Virus record (IMG/VR): IMGVR_UViG_3300033463_005840
Span: 69,200-133,199 of that record
Strand: one strand, 5' to 3'
Length of the DNA: 64,000 bases
From: a virus
Taxonomy: Duplodnaviria; Caudoviricetes
The notes beneath the pieces were generated by a model. The model had not been told where the DNA came from. It saw only the letters and a program-made list of their open reading frames with translations, and did no database searches. This document shows positions 49,652-59,760 of this stretch, one piece after another. Positions within the stretch are counted from its first letter, which is position 1; the number at the start of each line of letters is the position of its first letter. The position numbers and the translations under genes were made by a program.

Positions 49652-50275
49652 TCAATAAAACTCTACAATACTTTCTTTTTTCTCAAGTTCTGGTGTTTTC
49701 ATTAAAAAGCCGGTGTATGTCTTAACAGTCAACGAATTTGTTACTTTATAAATTCCATCTGCTGCTAAATCTTTATCAGGCATATTTATCGTGTCATCTA
49801 ATAAAACTTGTATCATAATCTCCACACCTGATTCATCTGCTGCTTTAAGAGCATAAGTTGCTTCTTTTTTATTCGTCATATAATGTTGACCATAATCTAA
49901 TACTTGTGCATAATCACTTGTATTAAAAGTTACTGTCACATTAAGATTAACAGGTCTTAAATGAAAACCATAATAATAACCATTGATTAATTTTTTAGGA
50001 TAATAACCATATTTATTCAAAACAAAAGAGTTATAAGAATTTTCATCTCTTGCTATACTCTCAACTTTTACATTAAAATATGGAGTATGTTTTGTTTGAT
50101 TCGTTACACGTCCATATTCTCTGTTTGTATCGTCGGAACTTACACCGACAACAAAGAACTTCACTTTTTTATTATTATAAATACCTTTAAGACTCTTTTT
50201 GATATTTTCAATAGAGGCGTAAATGATTTTGCTTTTATCTTCTTCAATATAAAATCTTGAATTAATCGTTGGCAT
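49652..50275 (-). CDS. Tail-associated structural protein
   Basis: Last gene of the baseplate operon. Confidence 0.4.
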   Translation of the reverse strand: MPTINSRFYIEEDKSKIIYASIENIKKSLKGIYNNKKVKFFVVGVSSDDTNREYGRVTNQTKHTPYFNVKVESIARDENSYNSFVLNKYGYYPKKLINGYYYGFHLRPVNLNVTVTFNTSDYAQVLDYGQHYMTNKKEATYALKAADESGVEIMIQVLLDDTINMPDKDLAADGIYKVTNSLTVKTYTGFLMKTPELEKKESIVEFY

Positions 50276-50687
50276 TTGAATCTCCTCTATGTAATGTAAA
50301 TCTTAAAATATCTTGAATGTTATTAATCGAATATATCAATACAACTCTGTAACCTTGATTATCATCAGTGACTTCAGTAGCGATATTAGACCGCATAAGA
50401 TTTAATTCCGGTAAAAAATCAGTCACTGCATCATAGATAATTTCGGTAATATCACTGGCAGTAAATTCATCGACCGGCTCAAACAATTTTCTTTCTAACA
50501 TACATCCATAAGTAGGTTCATAAAGCCTGTCACCTTGAAAATTATAATTAGCCCCATTATTACAACTAAGAAGATTAAAAACAAGATTACGGATTGCATC
50601 TCTATTCTTAACGATTATATTTCTGGTAGTCTCTTCATTATAATCAGAATCTAAGTCAGTAATGTAAACATTTTTATCAGAACTCAT
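50262..50687 (-). CDS. Baseplate wedge gp25-like protein
   Basis: AIRN..NLL..GDRLYEPTYGC.L..LFEP. Confidence 0.85.
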   Translation of the reverse strand: MSSDKNVYITDLDSDYNEETTRNIIVKNRDAIRNLVFNLLSCNNGANYNFQGDRLYEPTYGCMLERKLFEPVDEFTASDITEIIYDAVTDFLPELNLMRSNIATEVTDDNQGYRVVLIYSINNIQDILRFTLHRGDSNAND

Positions 50688-51787
50688 TTGCTATCTCCTT
50701 TCTTAGGAACATAAGCTTGTCTTTGTCTATTTGGCTTTGCTCGTATTATTTTATTTGAAGCGCTTGACGCAGGTTTATAATCTGGCGTTACTGGCACAGG
50801 TTGTGTTCCAGGACTAGGTGTTACTTTATCAATCTCAAATGCTCTTATCTTATAATCAGTTGAAGTGGAACTAACATTGCCACCACTATCTTGTGAAATA
50901 CTTGTAATTGCTGTGATTGTGTATTCCCGCATTGGATAACTATCAAATTGAGAAGGTGCTGTGCCTGTAATCATGGTACCTCCACCAGCATTACCAACGC
51001 CAACAGTACCGCCATATAAAGATAACATAGAAGTTGCACTTAATTTAACATCAGCGCCACCAGCCAATGTTATTGCCCCTCTTGTGTCAACTGTAAATGT
51101 TGAAGTTGATATATCGAGATTATTTGTACTTTTGATAGATGTATTATAAAAATCAAAAGATGCTATTTTTGATTTAAGAGAAATACTTTCAAGAGCGTCA
51201 ACAAAGAAGTTTTTACAATGAACATTAACGTTATCAGTACAATCTAAATTAATATCTCCAATAACTTCAAAAGATATTCCTTTTGGATTTAAAGATTTTG
51301 CTTGTTTATTAGCATCACCACAATTAGCAACCTGAACTTTAATTTTGCCAAAGCCATCGATTGTTAAGCAGGTACCAGACGAATGATAAAGCATATAAGT
51401 ATCATCATTAGTATTTGCGATAAATAACGTTCCGCTTCTATCCACTCGCCCATAACAATATGGGTAGTTTTCTAAGAACTCAAGAGCAGTATTCGGTACT
51501 GAGCTTAGATAAATTCCGCTATAAACGTCATCACCAGGATATATTACGTAGCACTCAGTATTAATATCAGGAACATCAACATTACATTGATAGTTAGTTG
51601 ATGACATAAAACCTAATGACATAACCCATGGAAGATTTTCTGGATTTGTTTTTAGCTTAGCATCAAATAAAGCATTAATATAAACTTTAATGCGTGAAAG
51701 CTTCAAAGGGTCGTTATTGTCAACTACGATTCCTTTAAAAATCTTTCCTTTGAAATTATTTATTTCTATGTTCCGTTTGTCAAGCAT
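50684..51787 (-). CDS. Baseplate spike gp5-like protein
   Basis: GIVVDNNDPLKLSRIKV, LPW, H.SGT, beta-helix repeats. Confidence 0.85.
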   Translation of the reverse strand: MLDKRNIEINNFKGKIFKGIVVDNNDPLKLSRIKVYINALFDAKLKTNPENLPWVMSLGFMSSTNYQCNVDVPDINTECYVIYPGDDVYSGIYLSSVPNTALEFLENYPYCYGRVDRSGTLFIANTNDDTYMLYHSSGTCLTIDGFGKIKVQVANCGDANKQAKSLNPKGISFEVIGDINLDCTDNVNVHCKNFFVDALESISLKSKIASFDFYNTSIKSTNNLDISTSTFTVDTRGAITLAGGADVKLSATSMLSLYGGTVGVGNAGGGTMITGTAPSQFDSYPMREYTITAITSISQDSGGNVSSTSTDYKIRAFEIDKVTPSPGTQPVPVTPDYKPASSASNKIIRAKPNRQRQAYVPKKGDSK

Positions 51788-53024
51788 TTTCAGGCCTCGA
51801 TTCTTTATCCTTCGGACTAAGATTTTGCCAATAATCCTTTAAAAACCCAGTAGTTGACAATAACAATTTCTCGGTGTATCTCTTCATTGAAAGACCAATT
51901 GTTTTAGATTCTACAATCCAATATTTAAAATCATATAAAGATTTATCAGTCAAATCATTTATGCTCTCAAAAGCTACTTGAATTTTATCTCCAACATTGA
52001 TTGGCGTTATATTATCTATATAAACTTCACAGTAAACATTAAACAAAGACTTATAACGTTTATTCTGGTAATATGCTTTATTCCAGTTCGGATGCACATT
52101 ACCTACATTAATTGAATCAACCTCTGAATTAACTTGGTCTATCAAATCATAATCATAACGATTAAGATTATAATAGTCAGAATAATTATAATCCAGTTTT
52201 ATTGTGCTATTCTCTTTATCTGCATATTTATTTAACGCTTTAGTGTCTTTAGTATAATAATCGCTTCTTGCAAATGAATATTGATAGCTCGTATTCTTAT
52301 AACCATAGGTAAGATTATTTAAAGCAGAATTATAATTATAATTAATATTAGAGTAACGATAAACTTTATTCTTAGGGTCGTCAGCTCCTATTGGAATAAG
52401 TATGTAATCAGGATTCTTCTCGCTATTAACATCAATTAAATGAAAGCCACCATCAATTGTAATATAAGATAGCATACAAGAGCCATCTTTAATATAAGCT
52501 CTATCAGTAACGTCAGAAACAAATTCTGCTTTTGATTTACTAAAGTTATGCCACGTCATATAATCATTGGTTTTAACACCATGATATTTTAAATCTAATT
52601 CTTTGGCGATTAATTTAAAAATCTCATTAGAAGTTCCAGTATAATGAAATGGCTTTGAATCTTTCCAATACGCCAAGAAATTTAATACACCATAAATAGT
52701 GATTTTTTTAGCTGACGTTTCAATTTTAACTTCAGGAGCAGAAACCATGTCAAACATTAATGAATACATTAAGTCCTGCTCGTCACGCTTATTAGAACCA
52801 TTATCTAAAAAGTTACCGATATAAACTGATATTTTAAGGCCGTCTGTTAATTGTAATTTATTAGCAAAGATGTTTTTGTCATCTATAAGTGTCATTCTTA
52901 TTGTTGGAAGTTTATCATAGATGTTATTAACAATCAACAACGACTCCACATTGTCCAATGTAAGAGGTGCATTGAAATTATTAAACCATATATCAATAAA
53001 TAACCCTGACGCTGTTTTAAACAT
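51780..53024 (-). CDS. Baseplate hub (gp27-like)
   Basis: Position and size upstream of spike. Confidence 0.55.
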   Translation of the reverse strand: MFKTASGLFIDIWFNNFNAPLTLDNVESLLIVNNIYDKLPTIRMTLIDDKNIFANKLQLTDGLKISVYIGNFLDNGSNKRDEQDLMYSLMFDMVSAPEVKIETSAKKITIYGVLNFLAYWKDSKPFHYTGTSNEIFKLIAKELDLKYHGVKTNDYMTWHNFSKSKAEFVSDVTDRAYIKDGSCMLSYITIDGGFHLIDVNSEKNPDYILIPIGADDPKNKVYRYSNINYNYNSALNNLTYGYKNTSYQYSFARSDYYTKDTKALNKYADKENSTIKLDYNYSDYYNLNRYDYDLIDQVNSEVDSINVGNVHPNWNKAYYQNKRYKSLFNVYCEVYIDNITPINVGDKIQVAFESINDLTDKSLYDFKYWIVESKTIGLSMKRYTEKLLLSTTGFLKDYWQNLSPKDKESRPENA

Positions 53025-53404
53025 TAGATATAGTCACTATTTCGATTAATTGCTTTATTGTTGTTAGACGTATTTCCCAGAAAAGAATTGATTTCGGCAA
53101 AATTTGGAATATATAAAACTGTTCCTGGTGCTATCTGAATAAAGGGATAAATAATTCCATTAAACATACCGATTACCCACCATAAAGAAGTTGTTTCATA
53201 AAATACATAAGACAAATTTGGCAAATAAGTTGTCGTGTTTAATGTTATTTGAGTACAATTATAAGTATTACGCAAGAAGCTGAGTTTATTATTAAAGATA
53301 TTCAACTTTTGCATAGTTTTAGTCATTTTTGCCATTCCTTCTTTATATTCTTGGATTGGCAAAAAATTGTCTATTGTTAATAAAGTGTTTGTAAATGTTG
53401 CCAT
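53024..53404 (-). CDS. Baseplate gp53/LysM-like protein
   Basis: LSY.FY..LWWVI..FNGI..P..PGT.L.IP. Confidence 0.75.
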   Translation of the reverse strand: MATFTNTLLTIDNFLPIQEYKEGMAKMTKTMQKLNIFNNKLSFLRNTYNCTQITLNTTTYLPNLSYVFYETTSLWWVIGMFNGIIYPFIQIAPGTVLYIPNFAEINSFLGNTSNNNKAINRNSDYI

Positions 53405-53418
53405 ATTTTATCCTATAT

Positions 53419-54444
53419 TTATTTTGAACCAGGAGGAATCGCTTGTCCGCCAGTTGTGTTACTAATTTGTCTTTGGCCTTCTGTTATTACAGTGTTCTTT
53501 ACGCTATTTGTCACAACAGCTCCATTATGTTCAACGTTTTGTTTAATGGAAGCTCCAATATTAGTAGTGCTACGTAAGCCAACTGCATCATAAATCTTTC
53601 CTAGCTTTTCATAATTCTCTTTATTATCGAACCAACCTTTTATGTCTGTTGAAATCGGAGGAAATATCGAAATAACTCGAACATTAGCAGTAGCGGATAT
53701 TGGCAATCCGTTTTTATCGAATCGGCTATCAAAAGTGGCATCGACATTAGTAACCAATGCTCCACGCATCTTAAAAAATTTGCCAATTGTAATCGTCACG
53801 AGTTTTTTCTGGTCTATTGAAATATTTGGAATCCTGATACCGGAGACTCCCGCATAAGTTGTCGGGTTTCCTTCTTTATCTTTAAAACGTATCTCCTGTG
53901 AATTATTCCAGTCAACTTTTAATTTTGGACCCGGAGGATTTAATACATTGCCTTCTAATTCAGGAACGACTAAAAGCATAAGAGCTTTCATTGGTTCTAT
54001 AACATCATCTCTGGTATTATAAATAGCATCAAATTTAAAAGGAATATCAAACTCTAAAGGCGAATTACCTGTCCAATTCGGAAAAGATGATATGTTATCT
54101 AATAATGTTCTTGTATGTTTAAAGTTGTTATATGTTTCCCAGACAGTAGCCGCCACATCGCCAACTCTTCCAAAAGTCCGTAATGCTCCTGCCGGTAATT
54201 GTTGTAAACCTTCAACAAAGTTCTTTAAAGAGTTCTCGTAATCACTACTTAATCTAACGGCAAACGATTCAGGCACATACGTTTCAAGTTTTACATAATT
54301 TGGTGCATCTTTATTTAATTCAGTCGTCTCAAGAGTAACAAGATAATTCGGATTTTTATAGTCAATAGATTCAAGGTTGTTGGTATTTTCAACCCTCTTC
54401 TTCATATTTTGAGTCTGTTGGTCTGTTTTAACTACATTAACCAT
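53419..54444 (-). CDS. Tail tube initiator-like protein
   Basis: W.G.SPLEF.IPFKF; ITIGKF..VTNVD..F..G.PISA. Confidence 0.55.
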   Translation of the reverse strand: MVNVVKTDQQTQNMKKRVENTNNLESIDYKNPNYLVTLETTELNKDAPNYVKLETYVPESFAVRLSSDYENSLKNFVEGLQQLPAGALRTFGRVGDVAATVWETYNNFKHTRTLLDNISSFPNWTGNSPLEFDIPFKFDAIYNTRDDVIEPMKALMLLVVPELEGNVLNPPGPKLKVDWNNSQEIRFKDKEGNPTTYAGVSGIRIPNISIDQKKLVTITIGKFFKMRGALVTNVDATFDSRFDKNGLPISATANVRVISIFPPISTDIKGWFDNKENYEKLGKIYDAVGLRSTTNIGASIKQNVEHNGAVVTNSVKNTVITEGQRQISNTTGGQAIPPGSK

Positions 54445-54447
54445 ATC

Positions 54448-55689
54448 TTACCTCTTATCTGTATTGCCTTCGTAGTTTAATCCTTTAGAATAGTCTACAT
54501 AAATATTAATCAATCCGCAACACTCTTTAATATAATTTTCTATATTAGCAAAATCACTGGCACTAAAAGATTCTTCACTAGAAAAACATACCTCTAAGAA
54601 TCCTCTTAACTCACCGGAAAAGAAAATAGGATAAGCACAAATAATTGAAACATTAGATGCAGTATTCAAGTCTTTAAACATTCCCTGTGTATCTTCAACT
54701 TTAATAGTATACAATTTATGCTGCTTAAGACTTGTTATCATTTCAGAACCGAGAATTGATGCCGGCAAAAACTGGAATTTCCTTAATACAGAAGATAAAC
54801 CTTCTGTAAAGTATTCATATAATTCTGAAAAATAACCTTGCAAATAATTATCTTTATCGTATTCATGAAATACAAAGACAGAACATCTGGACGCTCTCGT
54901 TAATAACGAAAGTTGCCTTAATTGTGTTTTTGCTAAAGCGATGTAATTCTTATCGGGAACGGGATAACATTTATACTCGTTACCTCCAATAATCCATCTT
55001 TTAAAGGAAGTTCCTTTTAAGTCTCCATTAATCGAATCAATCACACTTTCCATATTAGTATAAGCGGCATTAATGTAAACATTAAAGTTCGCTAAAACAA
55101 TCATAACCTTTTCATATATGTTAAGATTGATTTTATCAGAAAGTATGTCATCAATACTATTCATAAGATACATCTCATGAAGTTTGCATACTTCTAAAAA
55201 TTTATTAATAACGATTCTGGGAATCTGACTATTGCGATACTCACTATATTGAGCAGATAAACTCTTATCGTATTTATGTCTGAAAATTGTTCTTACGTCA
55301 ACATATTCACTATCAAAATCGGTTGTCTTAATAAAATCAAGAAGCCACTCTTTAATGATAGTAAGTTGTATAATCAAAATCTCTCTGGCGATTGCAATTT
55401 TACCGGGGTCATATCTGCACTCCGAATTGTCAGGGTCATACTTTTGATTAATACTATAATCTAATTTAAAGTCAATATCTTTAAAGATTTGATGTTTTAA
55501 TAAATCTTCTCTTGTAAGTCGCCTTACTTTTTTAGAAGATGAAAATAATGACTTTATATAAGAAAGAATAGTTTTGTTTTTAATAATCGTATAAATTGAA
55601 AGAAAAATTATTGCGGAAACCGAAGTCGTTATAGGACTCGATTCTAATAACTTAATGATTCTTTCAAGGCTTTCGTCTGAATTTTCCAT
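54448..55689 (-). CDS. Membrane protein with C-terminal GAF-like domain (holin candidate)
   Basis: N-terminal TM; ASRCSVFVFH..ICAYPIF..LRGFL.V.F. Confidence 0.45.
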   Translation of the reverse strand: MENSDESLERIIKLLESSPITTSVSAIIFLSIYTIIKNKTILSYIKSLFSSSKKVRRLTREDLLKHQIFKDIDFKLDYSINQKYDPDNSECRYDPGKIAIAREILIIQLTIIKEWLLDFIKTTDFDSEYVDVRTIFRHKYDKSLSAQYSEYRNSQIPRIVINKFLEVCKLHEMYLMNSIDDILSDKINLNIYEKVMIVLANFNVYINAAYTNMESVIDSINGDLKGTSFKRWIIGGNEYKCYPVPDKNYIALAKTQLRQLSLLTRASRCSVFVFHEYDKDNYLQGYFSELYEYFTEGLSSVLRKFQFLPASILGSEMITSLKQHKLYTIKVEDTQGMFKDLNTASNVSIICAYPIFFSGELRGFLEVCFSSEESFSASDFANIENYIKECCGLINIYVDYSKGLNYEGNTDKR

Positions 55690-55718
55690 TGTCTTAAACT
55701 TTTCAAAGATTACTTTAC

Positions 55719-55736
55719 ATAAATATATATATTTAT
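55719..55736. promoter_or_regulatory. Palindromic bidirectional phage promoter motif
   Basis: ATAAATATATATATTTAT between divergent genes. Confidence 0.65.
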
Positions 55737-55760
55737 TGAAAGGAGGGATTGAAAAGCACA

Positions 55761-56021
55761 ATGGAATTATTATTTAAAGCACACATTGATAAATTCGACA
55801 AACAGTTTCTAAGTTATTGCATTGATGACAAGTATATCATTTTAGCAAGTAATTTGGAAGACGCTTATGTGCAGGGTGCTGGCATTGTTTTAAAAATCAA
55901 TGTCGAGCATAAGATGATTATTAAAGTCTCTCCATACTTTAATGGCTTTATTGGAAACGCTTTTGAAATGATAGACCGAATCAAAGAAGCTAGTTATATT
56001 TTGATTGAAGATATAGACTAA
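55761..56021 (+). CDS. Hypothetical protein
   Basis: ORF with AGGAGG upstream. Confidence 0.5.
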   Translation: MELLFKAHIDKFDKQFLSYCIDDKYIILASNLEDAYVQGAGIVLKINVEHKMIIKVSPYFNGFIGNAFEMIDRIKEASYILIEDID

Positions 56022-56267
56022 GCATCGAACTTTTTAAGATTCTCTAATCCTTTGAGACCAAAAACATATTTGCTTTCAACCTCGTTTGCGAGGGCTTGAA
56101 AATCATCATCGGAAATTCTATCGTCTGAAGTTAGATTCCAAATCTTAAAAACTTCTTCAGGATTTATGCCCAGTCTACAAACCACCTTCTTTATAATCAT
56201 GGATTTCTCTCTATCTGAGAGAGCTTTAAGGTGTTCAAAATATTTCTCATCATCTTCAATAAAATCC

Positions 56268-57744
56268 GTGAACTACTGCCACCTTAAAAGGTGTCAGCTT
56301 CTGTTTTCGCTTCATCGACTCTACTTGCATAACAAATCTCTATTAAGAGATTGTGATGTAGAGGAAGATGTCTCAGCGGAGGCTTGTTCCAAGCACTCAG
56401 CTCTTTTAGTTGAGCCAAACATCTTTATGTTCTTAGCAGCATGGATATCTCTATCTTCAGAATAACCACAGCTACAAGTATAAACTCTATCAGCTAAAGT
56501 TAATTGATTAAGATTCCCACAATTAGGACAAAACTTAGTAGTAGGTAAATTTTTTGAAATCATAAAGGCTTTTCCTTCAGACTGTAGCATCTGAAGTTGA
56601 GTTTTTAATCTTCCAAGTATAGAATGTTGAATCTTCTTTCCCATAGAATAACCGCACTTTCTACCGGTTTTCTTAGAATGTTTTCCTTTATGCCAAGCTT
56701 TAACCATCTCATCTTGAAAGTAAATTATATCATAATTACTCTTAAGATAAGAGATTATCTTGTTACAAGCATCATTTCTTTTATTTGTGAGATGCTGATA
56801 CTCACACCTAATTTGTTTAAGAAGTTTGTAATATCGCTTAGAACCTTTCTGCTTACGATGTAAATGCTTTTGTAAGTATTTCAGTTGTTCACTTTCTCGC
56901 ACATTACAATCAAATTTCTTACCATCAGATGTGGTAACACTGATTTTAACCCCAAAGTCTAATCCAACTTCCTTATAAGTTTTCTTAGACTCTAAAGCAT
57001 CTTTATCAATACAAACGGCTATTTTTACAAAATAACCATCTGGTCTTTTAATTAACCTCCCTTCAGCTAATTCATATTTTTGATATTTATTAAGTTGCTC
57101 CAAACCATAAACCGTTAAGTTCTTAAAGCCTGGAATAGTTATATGTCTCTTATTCTTAATTTTAGTATATCCGGTTATTATCGGAATGGACTTAATCTCA
57201 GAGACATATTTAAGCTTTCCAATCTTTTTACCTTTTTTCTTAGCTTTTGAAAGATTAGTTATGTTAGTTTTTAGTTGAACTATAAGCCTTCTATGATAAA
57301 CACTAGGAATATCCAACTTTTCAATTATTTTATTCTTATCTTTATCAAACCGGCTAACTTCTCTATGTTCTGTATACTTATAATCGAAAATATCCTGAGT
57401 TTCACTATAAGCTAGCATATCATTATAAATCCACTTAGCTTGCTTAAAGTAAGAGTTAAGAGTTTCAAATGTTTCCTTAGAAGTATGATGACAATTAACC
57501 TTCAACTCAAATACTTTAATTACTTGAGTTTTTCTACGTTCTCTCGTAGCATTACGGGTATCACGTATTCTTTGTCGCTCTTCAAGCGTTATAAACTCTT
57601 TACTCATTTTTGACTTAAAAATTATTTTTTCATTATTAATTCAAATATATCATATTTTCAATTTCTTGTAAATAGTTATTTTCAAAATTTTTCAAAAATT
57701 TTTTGATTTCTAAATGCCACCCTAAAGGGATAGCATCTTGCGAA
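56268..57744 (-). mobile_element. IS200/IS605-family tnpB-only element
   Basis: Inserted 3' of TTGAT, subterminal hairpins at both ends, ends in TCAC, no TSD. Confidence 0.88.
56321..57607 (-). CDS. tnpB: TnpB RNA-guided nuclease
   Basis: GLDFG, FQDE, CPNCG..CSCG, DRDIHAAKNI. Confidence 0.92.
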   Translation of the reverse strand: MSKEFITLEERQRIRDTRNATRERRKTQVIKVFELKVNCHHTSKETFETLNSYFKQAKWIYNDMLAYSETQDIFDYKYTEHREVSRFDKDKNKIIEKLDIPSVYHRRLIVQLKTNITNLSKAKKKGKKIGKLKYVSEIKSIPIITGYTKIKNKRHITIPGFKNLTVYGLEQLNKYQKYELAEGRLIKRPDGYFVKIAVCIDKDALESKKTYKEVGLDFGVKISVTTSDGKKFDCNVRESEQLKYLQKHLHRKQKGSKRYYKLLKQIRCEYQHLTNKRNDACNKIISYLKSNYDIIYFQDEMVKAWHKGKHSKKTGRKCGYSMGKKIQHSILGRLKTQLQMLQSEGKAFMISKNLPTTKFCPNCGNLNQLTLADRVYTCSCGYSEDRDIHAAKNIKMFGSTKRAECLEQASAETSSSTSQSLNRDLLCK

Positions 57745-57771
57745 ATCAATTTTTTTGTCATTTTAATCTCC

Positions 57772-58311
57772 TTAAATTGAAATCCCTTTAGCTTCGTCTG
57801 TTATCTTTAAGCAATCAATAATTGATTTATATGTCCAATATGTATGGTCTATATCATCAATCAAAAGTGAACAAAAATCAATCAGTGTTTTATAATTATT
57901 GACAGTTTGTAACGTGAAATCAAACAGGCCTTTAAGATAATTCGTCCGGTCTGTCTGCGTTGAATATATCGCATTGATTTCATCATGATATTTTTTACGG
58001 ACATACATTGTCAGAGAATCAATATTACTCTCTAATAACATCTTGCGTTTTTGCATTTGTAGCTTAACTTCAACGCAATAACTTCTTTTCGCCTGATTCT
58101 CTCTAAGTGCATTAATAACCGTGGTTGTATCTCGTAAAATATCCTCTGTGGAAATCAACCGGATTTTTCTGGTTATATGAGAGCTCTGAAGTTCATTATA
58201 AAGATTTTCAAAGTCTATTGTATATAAATCACTATTTTTAAAAGAGTTAACGAATCCGGAAAATCTCTTATCCTCATTAATAATTTTTTCTAAATCTTCA
58301 GTCGATGCCAT
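57772..58311 (-). CDS. Helical hypothetical protein
   Basis: ORF. Confidence 0.5.
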   Translation of the reverse strand: MASTEDLEKIINEDKRFSGFVNSFKNSDLYTIDFENLYNELQSSHITRKIRLISTEDILRDTTTVINALRENQAKRSYCVEVKLQMQKRKMLLESNIDSLTMYVRKKYHDEINAIYSTQTDRTNYLKGLFDFTLQTVNNYKTLIDFCSLLIDDIDHTYWTYKSIIDCLKITDEAKGISI

Positions 58312-58645
58312 TTTTCAGTTCCTTTAACGTAATGCGTTTTTCAAATAATATTAAGGTATTGTTAATGTCTTTAATTATAGTATAAATATCATCACTATCT
58401 TTATAAAAATCTTTGCTTAAATCACCGTTTGATTGAATAATGCAATTCTTTAATAACAGAAAATTATCGGGGTTGTCAAGTTTAACCGCATACCCCAGTT
58501 TAATTTTTAATTGCTTAATACGATAAAACGCAAAATTATCAAACTCTTTTATAAGTTCAAAAGTTTCTTTAACACCAGTAATTGGTTTTATCGTATAATA
58601 CCTTGAATACTCTCTGTCATGAATAAATTGATTTAAAGCACACAT
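58298..58645 (-). CDS. Hypothetical protein
   Basis: Coupled ORF. Confidence 0.5.
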   Translation of the reverse strand: MCALNQFIHDREYSRYYTIKPITGVKETFELIKEFDNFAFYRIKQLKIKLGYAVKLDNPDNFLLLKNCIIQSNGDLSKDFYKDSDDIYTIIKDINNTLILFEKRITLKELKNGID

Positions 58646-59760
58646 TAGTCTTGCATCCTGAGAAGTTGATACGTTACATTATTAAATTTGATTAACGCTC
58701 TGGTCTTATAAAATTTAATGACCGTCAGTTCTTCGGTTATCGCTTCACTCATTCGGCATAAGCATTTTAAATTTAATAAGAACTCAAAAGACTCGGCCCC
58801 CTTGATTTTTGCTGTAATCACATCATCAAACGAGCCAGATTCAACAGCTGTCGAAAAAACCAAACCACCGTTTTTTACTTTTAATGTAATCAGATTGACG
58901 TTGGCACCATTGTTGCGAATAAAAGAATCGACCCCACTAACGGCACTCTTAAAATCTTCGGTGCGTACTTTGACCATCCCGATACATTCTTCTGCCTTGG
59001 TATTGTCATTTAAGTCAGCAATAATATCATCAATCGGGCAAGTATCTTGGCTGAATATTTGTGGTAATACCAGTTTTTGCGTCTTTGTTGCAAAGACAAC
59101 TTCAGATGACGAACTTGACAAACTAACTTCATCGGCACTCGTGTTAAATATTTCATTAAAAATAAACGCTTGGCGCAGGTTTATATTAAACTCAATATCA
59201 GACTGTTGAATTTCCGTTTCCAAAAGAGCCGAATAAAAATATTCCAGAGTACACATCTTAAATATGTGGTCTCTTACTTGTATCTCTAAAAGCGTGTCTT
59301 TACTGAAATATAACGGAGATGTAAATTCAAAGAACTTCAAATTAGTGTTAATAAGATTCAGTATTTTGGGGCTTATGGTATTTGCTAAACCATTATCTTT
59401 ATCTTTCTCTTCCTCATAAATATCTTGAAGCAAGGCTAATTTGCAACGACTGCGACTGTTTGTAAGAAAAATCATTGAAGCATCTTTATTCGTATCATAA
59501 ACTAATCTGACCGCTGCCTTATTTAAAATGAAAGACTGAAATCCTTTCAAAGATATACAGCAATGAAAATCAGGGAATGTTTTTTCCGTGATAATCTTTT
59601 GCATATAACTGCTTCCGTCTTTCAGACACTTTACTTCTATAATATTATCATAAAAGCTAAGAGAAAGACTATCACCTTTAATAAACTTTTTACAAATGGC
59701 AATCGCATCTTCCACTTGTTTTGTTTCAAATTCGATTTGAACGTTAGTGTTTTGCATCAT
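58645..59760 (-). CDS. Putative beta-type sliding clamp
   Basis: 371 aa, three-domain beta/alpha pattern, C-terminal LLRMQ. Confidence 0.55.
   Translation of the reverse strand: MMQNTNVQIEFETKQVEDAIAICKKFIKGDSLSLSFYDNIIEVKCLKDGSSYMQKIITEKTFPDFHCCISLKGFQSFILNKAAVRLVYDTNKDASMIFLTNSRSRCKLALLQDIYEEEKDKDNGLANTISPKILNLINTNLKFFEFTSPLYFSKDTLLEIQVRDHIFKMCTLEYFYSALLETEIQQSDIEFNINLRQAFIFNEIFNTSADEVSLSSSSSEVVFATKTQKLVLPQIFSQDTCPIDDIIADLNDNTKAEECIGMVKVRTEDFKSAVSGVDSFIRNNGANVNLITLKVKNGGLVFSTAVESGSFDDVITAKIKGAESFEFLLNLKCLCRMSEAITEELTVIKFYKTRALIKFNNVTYQLLRMQD

Larger units (their letters stand above)
56018..57761 (-). pseudogene. 88-aa gene split by the tnpB element
   Basis: Removing 56268-57744 gives MTKKLMDFIEDDEKYF..KKFDA in frame, with GGAG RBS. 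Confidence 0.8.

Noticed and set aside
56268-57744. IStron (group I intron plus tnpB)
   Set aside because: Only about 137 bp between left end and tnpB start; no intron core seen.
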